A stretch of DNA of 64,000 nucleotides from Octopus bimaculoides (lineage: Eukaryota), in assembly GCF_001194135.2 (NCBI RefSeq), contig NC_068993.1:45311964-45375963 (forward strand), in the 5' to 3' direction. A program made the translations under genes and the position numbers. Shown here in pieces: positions 52,954-64,000 of the stretch; within the stretch, counting starts at the first letter, position 1, and each line of letters opens with the position of its first letter. Under the pieces are notes generated by a model that was not told the DNA's origin, did no database searches, and saw only the letters and a program-made list of their open reading frames with translations.

Positions 52954-52988
52954 TCTAATGTTTCGGACAAAGTCCTTTATCAAGAGAA
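52954..52988 (-). ncRNA. Decayed minimal hammerhead
   Basis: TTGATAA a ggac-ttt-gtcc GAAAC ATT aga: perfect helix II, core altered by transitions. Confidence 0.45.
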
Positions 52989-53250
52989 ACTTTGGCAGGA
53001 GGATATAAAACACAGCTGTGCCATTTTAATTCCTCCTCTGTCAAAATTGCCTTGAAGAAGAACAATGTCCAAAGCGTGGGATTTTCTACACTTCCTGGTA
53101 ATCTCAATGTATTTTTGTCGATTTTACTAAATAATACAAGTCTTGCCGACGTAGACCGGTGCTAGTATATCTAGAGTCTCTCTGATCGTACACACACACA
53201 CATCATATATATATGTATGCATATATATGTATGTACATATATGTAAGCAT

Positions 53251-53303
<53 letters not shown>

Positions 53304-53667
53304 NNNNNNNNNNNNNNNNNNNNNNNNNNNNNNNNNNNNNNNNNNNNNNNNNNNNNNNNNNNNNNNNNNNNNNNNNNNNNNNNNNNNNNNNNNNNNNNNN
53401 NNNNNNNNNNNNNNNNNNNNNNNNNNNNNNNNNNNNNNNNNNNNNNNNNNNNNNNNNNNNNNNNNNNNNNNNNNNNNNNNNNNNNNNNNNNNNNNNNNNN
53501 NNNNNNNNNNNNNNNNNNNNNNNNNNNNNNNNNNNNNNNNNNNNNNNNNNNNNNNNNNNNNNNNNNNNNNNNNNNNNNNNNNNNNNNNNNNNNNNNNNNN
53601 NNNNNNNNNNNNNNNNNNNNNNNNNNNNNNNNNNNNNNNNNNNNNNNNNNNNNNNNNNNNNNNNNNN

Positions 53668-53712
<45 letters not shown>

Positions 53713-53970
53713 CAGAGAGTAAAAGTATAAAAATACACAAAAATATAATAGAAATAATGAAAAAAAAAATGTATGGAAATAGACAGAAAAGAGCTTCAAC
53801 GAATGAGAAAAGTGATAAAATAGCAATAGTAGGAGTAGAGGAAGATGATGATGATGAAAAAGAAGAAGAAGGAGGAGGAGGAGGAAGAGGAAGAGAGGAG
53901 GAGAAGGTGATGATGATGATGAAGATGCAGGAGAAGAAAAAGAGGATGAAAAAGATGAAAAAGTTGATAA

Positions 53971-54018
<48 letters not shown>

Positions 54019-54957
54019 TCAAAACAATTTATTTTGTTTTCAAATATTAATTGTATGCTGCAAACAAGCAATTGTGTTTTGTTAATGGCGTTTGTCTGGA
54101 AATTGGAAAGACTAGAAAACGAAAAACGTGGCAGACATTATATAATTCTCTTAATCTTTTATTCTCTTAATGTTTGTTCTTTTTACAGGTTTCAGTCATT
54201 GGACATTTGTTCATGCTGGGGTAAAGTCATTAAGAATTTCTTTTTGTTAATTATATTGATAGTAATTAGCCTGGTGTTAATTTTACCGTTCTTTACTCTA
54301 ATGAATGAGCTTACTTTGAAGTGCGTCCATTGTAAAAGGGGTACTTAAGGTGTAAATATCTCAGCCGGTATACTCAAACAATGATAGGCACGCTTACATA
54401 CATACATACATACATAAATACATACATACATACATGCATAAATACATACATACATACATACATACATACATACATACTAATATACATAGAGGTCAGCCCT
54501 GTTGATGTGAACGTCTCTTTGAAAATCAAATAGAAAGAAGATAACTATGGACAACTGCTTCGAAACAACCAACTTCTATATCCAAATTACAAATTTATAT
54601 TTTCCCCGAATAATAATTGGAACACGTGGTTTTGTAAGTAAATGCCTAACTGTCAGTCTGAATAAGCTTGGATTTATAGAAAAAGAAATCAATCAACTGT
54701 TTTGTACATCAAAAATACAAAGTGTAAGCGGAACAGCAAAACTATGCAAGACTTTTCTCAGGTTTAAAGTGATGGAGCTTTGAATTATTTTTAGAAACCA
54801 GATCCTTCTCAGGGGAAGAACTGAATTGATTAAAAACAGAAGACATACATACATATAACTCGTTTTTACCCAAAAGGTTGTTAAGTCAATATTTACACAC
54901 TATTACTTATAGCTTTATTTCCTTCGAGATACACCGTTCCTAAAAATATTATTTCAG

Positions 54958-55050
54958 TCAGGCGCAGACGTGGCTGTGGGGTAAGGAGTTTGTTTTCTAA
55001 TAATATGGTTTCAGATTCAGTCCCACTGCGCGACAGATGCTTCTTTTGGC
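54958..55050 (+). mobile_element. SINE family C head fragment
   Basis: aggcgcagacgtggctgtggggtaag...ggtttcagattcagtcccactgcg. Confidence 0.6.
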
Positions 55051-55786
55051 TGCCTCCACAGGTATACTCGGCCAGTAGTCGGAAATACGGTAAAGGATGA
55101 CTCGTCCGAGTAATATGACATTCTTCCACTGCTCTAGGGACCAATTCTGTTGGATTTTACATTGTAGAAACATTAAGTAGATTAGACAGATATGTTTATA
55201 TATATATATATATATATATATANNNNNNNNNNNNNNNNNNNNNNNNNNNNNNNNNNNNNNNNNNNNNNNNNNNNNNNNNNNNNNNNNNNNNNNNNNNNNN
55301 NNNNNNNNNNNNNNNNNNNNNNNNNNNNNNNNNNNNNNNNNNNNNNNNNNNNNNNNNNNNNNNNNNNNNNNNNNNNNNNNNNNNNNNNNNNNNNNNNNNN
55401 NNNNNNNNNNNNNNNNNNNNNNNNNNNNNNNNNNNNNNNNNNNNNNNNNNNNNNNNNNNNNNNNNNNNNNNNNNNNNNNNNNNNNNNNNNNNNNNNNNNN
55501 NNNNNNNNNNNNNNNNNNNNNNNNNNNNNNNNNNNNNNNNNNNNNNNNNNNNNNNNNNNNNNNNNNNNNNNNNNNNNNNNNNNNNNNNNNNNNNNNNNNN
55601 NNNNNNNNNNNNNNNNNNNNNTATATAAATAAGATAATAGTACAACAATGCACCAATATTTTTCTCTTTTGAGTATTTATATATGTATATATTTATCAAC
55701 CTGCCTCCCCTTCCAAACTCCCATCATAGAACCGCATTCGCATCTGGTCCCGAACTTTTAAAAAAGATTTTTGTCATTCTTCTATG

Positions 55787-55822
55787 TTTTCTGATGAAGG
55801 ACTTGCGTCGAAAACGTCAAGA
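55787..55822 (+). ncRNA. Deviant minimal hammerhead
   Basis: tttt CTGATGA ag gac-ttgc-gtc GAAAA CGTC aaga; one C lost and one A gained relative to ggac/gtcc GAAAC. Confidence 0.5.
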
Positions 55823-56192
55823 CTCCCTTCTCTCTGAGTTAAACTAATATAACATTTGTTGAAACTTGTCCCTTCTTTGTTGTTTTTTTTATGGAAATTG
55901 TCTAACATATATTTATATGCGTACACACACGGTCACATATACACACACACGTGCACACATAGTTATAGAATTCATTGCAATCTGAGCACATTAACAGGTA
56001 GAACACCAGAAATGACTAGGTATAATAACATAGGATTCACAGTGAGGTAAGACAAGGTAAAACAACAATGAAACTATCATGTGTTGGCAGGATATTGTAG
56101 TTATGAGAGCTCCAATTTGAACTTTGGATCAACTCAGACATGGTACTAGAGTCCTAGGTACGATGTAGGTGCAAGAAAGAATGCAAATGGGG

Positions 56193-56289
56193 TTTAAAAT
56201 TTACAACAGCTGTTTCGGTAGGATTTTATTGATGTATTAATAGACTACATCATAGAATAAGATCCACCATCTTCAGGTAAAATTTTAAA
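56193..56289 (-). ncRNA. Type I hammerhead ribozyme, apparently intact
   Basis: tttaaaattttac CTGAAGA t ggtggat...gatgta-loop-tacatc...atcctacc GAAAC agct GTT gtaaattttaaa: 12-bp helix I with one bulge, extended helix II, palindromic ACAGCTGT helix III. Predicted cleavage between 56205 and 56204. Confidence 0.85.
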
Positions 56290-56784
56290 CAGGTATAAAC
56301 AGGTGAGATAATATCTTGATGATGACTAATGTAAACAATGTTAGGTAAGTGGCATTTTAAATAATAACATTCCAATTAGAAGATTTGAATTAGAAGTGGC
56401 TATAAAGTTCATGCGAGAAACAAAAAGAAATAAACTTCTCTATTATTTCTAGCCAGTTATCTTAATTATTTTATTGCCAAAACTGGCTATGAGGATGTAC
56501 AGGAAACACAGACATGTTGTAGCCAAGAGATGTCTCTCTAGGTCATTAAAGCCAGGAAGATATCTTGTCAGTTAAGTGAGATAAAAGAAAGCAAACCTAT
56601 GAGCAGCAGAAAGTCAAACAACTGTCATCACATTTCCATGCACGTACACCCCGCCACACACATATAGACACACATACTCATACGTACGTATATATTTATG
56701 TATTTATGTACACACACACATATGTATATATACACACACACGCACACACACATATGTATATACACAAACACACACGCGCGCACG

Positions 56785-56830
<46 letters not shown>

Positions 56831-56931
56831 CTTTTGTTATTTACACCACCTGTCCTCGTCTGTTGTTATTNNNNNNNNNNTTGTTATTTACACCACCTGT
56901 CCTCGTCTGTTGTTATTATTTGTATATTCTC

Positions 56932-56975
<44 letters not shown>

Positions 56976-57374
56976 CGCATACACACATATATCGGGAAAG
57001 CATTTCTAAGAGTTCTTTATAGCCATATACGAACTAAATCAGGAAACATATCTTTCTCTGTATATATGTTTATATACATACATACATACATACATACATA
57101 CATGCATGCATAATACATACATACATATATTACATACATACATGTGTGAGTGTGAGTGTGTATGTTTGCGTGCGCGTGTGAACTTAACGGAGTCCTAATC
57201 AAATGGTTCCGTAGCTATACACAATGACACACGTGTGAGATAACACGCAGTAACATCGGCCGGAACTTCATAGATTGAAAGTGGAACTTCTCAAACTTTG
57301 GATGACACTACGCATAAAGTCCTTGATATACAACACCGGATAGTTATGACTGCAATGTTTTTGATCATAAATCT

Positions 57375-57480
57375 GTTTGGACGGAAATATGAAAGAAAAA
57401 TTGTTTTCGCTAGAAATTGAACTCAGAATGTAAAAAACCGTGCCTAAATACGGTCTTACGCACTAACGACGGTTCTGTTA
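57375..57480 (-). mobile_element. SINE family A head fragment, diverged
   Basis: gaaattgaactcagaatgtaaa...cgcactaacga. Confidence 0.5.
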
Positions 57481-57630
57481 TACCGTTAATTCTAGTGATC
57501 TTTTCTAAGAACCTACCTCGCAAAAATGAGTGGGAAGCAAAGATTCTATACAAGTATTAGAAATGATCAGTCCTTTCTCACTGAAATGGACAATTCTAAT
57601 ACTAAAAAGTAAAAAAAAAACCGACTAAAA

Positions 57631-57698
57631 TAGCTAGTGAAAAAGAATTGCTGGATATATGTCGGCTCAAAAACTGAAATAATGTGAACAATACGTTA
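57631..57698. other. 68-bp insertion identical to the reverse complement of 63725-63792, flanked by CGACTAAAA direct repeats
   Basis: Base-by-base identity checked by eye; CGACTAAAA at 57622-30 and 57699-707. Confidence 0.85.
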
Positions 57699-57759
57699 CG
57701 ACTAAAAATAAACAAATTATTTAGAGAATATAATGTTAACAGTTGGGAAGGAATTCCTG

Positions 57760-59440
57760 AAGTGAAACATAACTAATGTAATTTGATCTTTATAAAGACA
57801 TGTCGAGTGAGAACCGTTATAATCCTCCGTTTCAAAAATAGAATAAAAAAAAACAAGGAAAAACAAACGAAAAACGTCTTCAGTGAACCCGAGAAAAAAA
57901 TGTTAGACCAGACGTTACACCCACAACAATAGCAACTGTATCACATCATAAGAGTATACAGAACATGCTATATAATACAATAAATATAGATCTTGGATAA
58001 CAAATGGAGAGGAAACGGAACATGTAATATATTATAAGTATGGCCCAGCATAACAAGTCAAGAATTTATCGAAAGTATGAAGACTGCTTATTAGTTGAAA
58101 AGCGACTGGTATTCATAGAGCCCCTAATTCTTGTTTAAAATACGCGACCGATATCATGGGTATGTATGATGTATTCAGTGAATTACTATAGAGAGCAGAA
58201 CCAACACCTCATATGTTATTAGAGGAGGATAAACATTAGTTTCTAAAGCCAAAACCCTCACATGCTTTCCTAAATTACACAACGATAACTTGCTTGCCAA
58301 CAATATATAAAACTCCAGCATCTATACTTTCTAACAGGCTGGCTTTTCATCTGGAAGATAATAATATCTTACCAGAGGAGCAGAAGGGGTGCTGAAATGA
58401 TTGTGTATATGTAAAGAAAATGATGTTGGTGAACCGTGCAAGTTATTGAAAACAATAGAAAAGGAATACAACAAGCCGAGCATAGAATAGATTTATTGCT
58501 GAAAAGCATTCATCGGCACACAATATTCCTGGATATTTGAGATAATAAATATAAACATTGCGGCCTTAATACTAAGGCTGTACATAAACCACATCATGTC
58601 AATAAGAAAAACATCAATAAAAAAAGATAAACTAAAAATTATAAATGACCTTATCTGAAAAAAAAGAGGAATGTTTCAGAGAAAATATATTCATTTTGTT
58701 CTTTTATTTAGCTTTGAATCCATGAAAAAATCTGTTGAAGCAAGCTTAATGGTTACAAATGCAATAGAAAAAAACACTCAAAGTCTTCCGTTCTTTATGT
58801 GGATGATTTAAAATTATATACAAGTACTTAAAAACAGCGATTAACTAGAGGTATGAGCATTAACATGGATTAGGGAGAAAAAATGTACCGAAATTTCTTT
58901 AAGAAGAAACCAATTAACTAAAACCTAAAATGTTATGTTCATGAAGCTACATTAGACATAAAAAGTTTGGGAATAAGAACGAAGTTACACATGAAAGTAC
59001 TAAAAGGTGTATGGAACTGGTTCGATAAACCATATAAAATTGAAAGAGAAAATTGGAGAAGTTTTGCAACAGAAAAATCGGAAAAAAATATCAATAGTCA
59101 CATGGACGAAAACATTTAATACTTGGGATATTAAAAATATTGAAGAAGAAGGATCAAATAATTGGTGAGAGAATAATAATGTTAATCGATGACTTATATT
59201 TTTAGACTTATATTAAGCACACCGAAATCAATGCAATAAATATTATTATGGGTAAACATAGATTAGACAATCCCAGACATGAACTACCGTTTCAATGTAA
59301 TAAGCTAGAAAGAAGTGAAGTGAACTGAAGAGCATAGATAAGAAACTAGAAATTTACTCATTGTATTTCAACCGCAGTATTTTAAAGCTGGGCGGATAGA
59401 CCGATCCCGTACAAGGTGGCGGAAATGTTTTGCTATAAAT
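57760..59440 (+). mobile_element. R4/Dong-clade LINE RT relic
   Basis: TITCLPTIYK...NNILPEEQKGC, LALNP, LYVDDLKLY, INAIN, ELKSIDKK and GG motifs in the expected order; many stops and indels. Confidence 0.85.
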
Positions 59441-59633
59441 AGAGAAATACGAGCAAATAGAGATTCGATGATTGTAGTTATTCTCACGTCAGCAATAATG
59501 GAACAGATTTAGACGCCAGACTGTACTGACCATGAGCCGCCCCACTTTCCTTATGTCAGAAAATTATCCAATATGGAAAGTGCGTAGAACGTCGGTAAGT
59601 TCGGTAAGCTGCTGTGATGTATGAGAAGTTTAT

Positions 59634-59666
59634 TCTTTGATGAAGAAGAAAACCCCGAACTGTAGA
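59634..59666 (+). ncRNA. Heavily decayed hammerhead-like motif
   Basis: tct TTGATGA a gaag-aaaa-cccc GAA CT GT aga; needs at least 4 changes to restore. Confidence 0.25.
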
Positions 59667-60296
59667 CATTCAATTCCTTGAGGTAAATATCGATATTTAA
59701 CACATTATATATCGATATTTAACACATTAATTCTGTTAGGCTGAATGATCATGTAGATGCTCCTTCATTGGTAGATTTGCGAGGTAGCTGGATTGTACCA
59801 TAGTATTATATGAGCCTTTGTCACAAATACAGCGCTTCACCAGTGACCCTGGGCAAACCAACGACATGCACGACTATTTCAGCGATACTATGATTCTTTT
59901 ATTGCAAATATTCAATGACGACATGTTGAAAACGAATATAGGCTACATACTGTGAGATCTATTAATTTCACTGAATATTAAATCTTTTTCGTTGTTATTT
60001 CCACCAATGGAACTAAGCGTTTATTAACATTCGCTGAAGCAGACGACCGATTAATAAACAAAAGCAGATATGATTGCATAGTGCAAACAAATAACGTTTT
60101 TGAGATAACTGACTTAATGAAAAATGTCTGATAGATCAACACATATAACCCTTTGATACCGACCCGCCTGAGACCACCATTGGTTCTGTGATATCAACAA
60201 TGTCTCTTAAAGTTTTAAAGCAATGTAAATTAAAACTTTCCAACAAAATTTCGTGTTAGTTTATGCTTCAAACATTAACTTAATAATAGCTTAAAG

Positions 60297-60519
60297 TTTT
60301 GGCACAAGCCCAGCAATTTTAGTGGTGGGGGGCTTAGTCGATTATATCGATCTCAGTACTTGACTGGTACTTATTTCATCGACCTTTGTCTTTCATCCTC
60401 AAAAAGATGAAAGGTAAAATGGTTCACGGCGGCATTTGAACTCAAGAACTAGAGAGCGGAAGAAATGCCGCTACGCAATTTGTCCAGCTCGATAAAGTTT
60501 CTGCTAGCTCGCCATCTTA
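60297..60519 (-). mobile_element. SINE family A
   Basis: ttttggcacaagccc...gtacttatttcatcgacc...atttgaactca...ctagctcgccatctt. Confidence 0.85.
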
Positions 60520-60662
60520 CACTAGTTTGACAATGATAATTTACTGAATTGTTCATTATTTTTTAAATGAATTGAAACAAAGACCATCCAGCCCACTTCC
60601 TTCATTGCAAATCTTCACGTAAAATCCTAGAGTAGAAATTTATGCCAGAGTCAAAATATAGG

Positions 60663-60874
60663 TTTTGAATTTTGGCTCAAGGCCAGTAGTTTCGAGGGAG
60701 GAGGAAAGTGGATTACATCAACCCCAGCACTTAACTGGTTCTTGTTTTATTGAGTCCGGAAAGATGAAAAGCATAGTCGACCACGGCGAAATTTGAACTC
60801 AGTACGTAAAGTGGGACGAAATGGCGCTACACATTTTGATTGGCATGCTAACAACTCTGCCTACTCGCCACCTT
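60663..60874 (-). mobile_element. SINE family A
   Basis: ttggctcaaggccag...gatgaaaagcatagtcgacc..gcgaaatttgaactcag...ctcgccacctt. Confidence 0.85.
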
Positions 60875-61181
60875 ATGGCAAAAGAAAAATATTAGAATCA
60901 TGAGCTGCATTATAGTGCTGTAATTTTGAATTAATACACGTTAATTATAGCAAATGAAAGTTCCATAAGTGCATTAATATATTCTTCAGTGCAGTAAGTT
61001 GCACTGAAGTTCAATCAGATTGACAATTGAAAAATTTTAATCCGTGATGATATTAGATGAGGTCCCAAAAACATTTCTGATGTTGATTTCAAGAGTCATC
61101 GCTTTTTTGGGAGCAAGTTTATTTTTTTATTAACAGACCATATTAATTTGTTCTCGTTGATTATCAATTAATTAGTACATT

Positions 61182-61367
61182 ATTATCTCAAAGATAAATC
61201 TGTGAATATAGAGATTTGTGAGTGGGCGCGTATATATATATAGGATATATATGCGGATATATATTCATATATATTTATATGAATATATATATATATGTAT
61301 GTATATATATTTCTATCTAACTCTATCTATAGGAGTCTATATATTTACAGATTTATCTTTGAAATAA
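61182..61367. repeat. ~29-bp inverted repeat around a TA-rich spacer (MITE-like)
   Basis: attatctcaaagataaatctgtgaatata vs tatatttacagatttatctttgaaataat. Confidence 0.6.
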
Positions 61368-62949
61368 TATATATTTATTTACAAATTTACCATGAAATAA
61401 CATATATATATATATATATATATATATAAACACACGCACACACATACACACACACATGTATATACAAATGCGTGTATATGTAAGTGTATGTATGCCACAA
61501 GCTTTGTATCTTGCTGCTGCATATATCTAGCTACGTATGTACCCTGTTTACAGTATCGATGTATCTCTACACAAGGGGTTTGTGTGAGTATGAGTGTGAA
61601 TGTGTAATTGTTGCGCGTTAGATTGCGTATGGTGTGCATATTTTGCATATGATGCATTATTGTTTGTTATGTGTGTGTATATGTGTCCGATTGTATAGAT
61701 GCAGCTGTATGCATGTGTCGTGCTAGATTTACTATATGGTAGTGAATGCTGCGGATGCAGTCGCGCAATGTTTGATGTATTGTACGTGCTCTGCATTTCC
61801 GTGTGTCCTTGTGTGTGTATGCGTGATTTTGTATGTGTACCAAATAGGTGACGCATCTACATCAATCATGTAGTAGAGAGAGAGAGGGAGAGAGAGAAAA
61901 CAGATGCAATAAACCTGAGAAGGCCTCGTATGTATATCTGCATACACACATACATACATACATACATACATACATAAATGCTTACATATACATATATATA
62001 CACATACACACACATACATATATATATATATATACATATATATATATTCATATAAATATATACGTACATACACATACGTATGTATATGCACTTACATGTC
62101 TAAGTACACATATATGTATACTTACGTACAGACACACATACATATATATATATATATGTATGAATATATGTATATGTATATATATATATATGTAAATATA
62201 CATATGTTTATATATATATATATNNNNNNNNNNNNNNNNNNNNNNNNNNNNNNNNNNNNNNNNNNNNNNNNNNNNNNNNNNNTATATATGTATGTATATA
62301 TATATACATGTATATATATGTGTATGTGTATATAGATATATGTGTATTTATATATCTATATATATATGTATATATATGTATGTATGTATATATGAAAATA
62401 TATACATACATAAACACACATAAATACGCGTGTGCACGTTCGTGCGTGTGAGTGAGCTATGATAGGAATATGTCAGACTTGAAATGGTCAATATATGAGA
62501 TGCAGCTGTAAATGCTATTACTAATTACCATTTCAAATAAAACATCAACAACACCAGAAATAACAGCAAAAGCAAGATGTGTACGTAGAACGCAAGTATA
62601 GGAAGGTCAATGTGAAACACTGGCACACAACTGCACAGAGACACACGCATATAGATACATTCACAGAGGCACATAGGCACAAACATACATACATATAGTA
62701 ACATAAGTGAGCTGATGTTCACTACAGCTGTTTCAGACTTGTTTTACTCCTTAAAAAAAGAGACTGTCACAGCTGGAACACCATTTGCAACTATTTTTGT
62801 AAATAAGAACATTTTAAGTTTATGTTTGAATAATGGGTAAATTATTATGTTTATATAATGAGTAGATGTATATGCCGCACCCGGTAACCGTTTATTGATA
62901 AATACATGATCAATCCCAGCAAGCAAGCATTCAGTGCAGTTATAAATAT

Positions 62950-63326
62950 GTTGTGTGCTGGCATTCCGTCGCATACGACGTCGAGGGTTCCAGTCGATCC
63001 GATCAACGGAACAGCCTGCTCGTGAAATTAACGTGAAAGTGGCTGAGCACTCCACAGACACGTGTACCCTTAACGTAGTTCTCGGGGATATTCAGTGTGA
63101 CAAGGCTGACCCTTTGAATTATAGGCACAACAGAAACAGGAAGTAAGAGTGAGAGAAAGTTCTGGTGGAAGTGTACAATAGGGTTCGCCACCATCCCCTG
63201 CTGGAGCCTCATGGAGCTTTAGGTGTTTTCGCTCAATAAACACTCACAACGCTCGGTCTGGGAATCGAAACCGCGATCCTATGACCGCGAGTCCACTGCC
63301 CTAACCACTGGGTCATTGCGCCTCCA
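62950..63326 (-). mobile_element. tRNA-derived SINE family B with 13-bp TSD
   Basis: Aligns to 34780-35160; CAGTTATAAATAT at 62937-49 and 63327-39. Confidence 0.92.
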
Positions 63327-63337
63327 CAGTTATAAAT

Positions 63338-63573
63338 ATAGGACCGAAGTAAAGCAGACTGTGACGTGTATCGGGTTACTAAGACAGAAGACAGACTGAC
63401 AAGTGAAGTTGTCTCTTACAATGGCTCTGGTTATGATCTTCAAATTCCGTCTCTCCATATATTTCGGCAGCAACTCCTTCGCAAGCGTTTGGCGAGACAA
63501 CTTCACCAGTCAGCCTGTCCTCTGTCTTAATACCCAGATACACGACACAGTATGCTTTACTTCAGTCCATAGA
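63338..63573. repeat. Inverted repeat, ~78-bp arms, 78-nt spacer
   Basis: ggaccgaagtaaagcagactgtgacgtgtatc...gtgaagttgtctc vs gagacaacttcac...gatacacgacacagtatgctttacttcagtcc; about 10 differences by eye. Confidence 0.85.
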
Positions 63574-64000
63574 AAAGACATTGTGCCACACATCAATCGA
63601 GGCTTCTTCGTAATAGTTCTACTCTGAGCATTTGAATGTTGCCTTCGTCTTTGAAAATATAGATGTATGTTACTTCTCTTCTTTCCCGATCTTGGGCGTA
63701 TTGCTCAGACCAGAAGGTCCATCATAACGTATTGTTCACATTATTTCAGTTTTTGAGCCGACATATATCCAGCAATTCTTTTTCACTAGCTACGATAGTA
63801 AATTTACTATTAAAATTTCGTTTATAGCCAAATGTGTGTATCAAGGTGCGACTGTTTAGTTTTGCCAATGTCTGTGCAATCGCTATTTTATTCGGGTTTT
63901 ATCTCTTTTTAATCTATAAAAAAATTTCAGGTACGGGTTTGGCTGGGGCGTAATAGTTAATATTATTATCACAGTTATTATTATTATTATTATTATTATT

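Noticed and set aside
56834-56917. 37-bp direct repeat
   Set aside because: It flanks a 10-N gap exactly; assembly overlap artefact.
59325-59352. CTGAAGA...GAAACTAG hammerhead-like string
   Set aside because: No helix II and no UH triplet; it is coding sequence of the LINE relic (ELKSIDKK).

Overview
This is AT-rich, microsatellite-dense eukaryotic DNA with many N gaps, most flanked by (TA)n, (CA)n or (GA)n. From my recognition of the repeat families it is most likely an octopus genome (inference, not checked). I found no recognisable host protein-coding exon, rRNA, true tRNA or CRISPR array. Nearly every long ORF in the track is an artefact of N runs or simple repeats. The interpretable content is transposon debris: several tRNA-derived SINE families (one in head-to-tail arrays), three R4/Dong-clade LINE relics, an L1/Tx1 relic, a CR1/L2-like relic, two mariner and one Tc1 transposase relics, mariner-type MITEs, two non-autonomous Helitrons and several foldback repeats. 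Two observations stand out. (1) There are seven type I hammerhead ribozyme motifs of the Penelope-associated kind. Two look intact (56193-56289 and 19177-19211, minus strand) and five are decayed; no Penelope ORF was recognised. (2) A 68-bp segment at 57631-57698 is an exact reverse-complement copy of 63725-63792 and is flanked by a 9-bp direct repeat, which looks like a recent templated insertion. Hammerheads in Penelope-like elements are known biology, so any novelty would lie in these particular families and whether they are active. TE boundaries are estimated by eye unless termini are quoted, and all protein-family assignments rest on motifs recognised from memory, not on searches.
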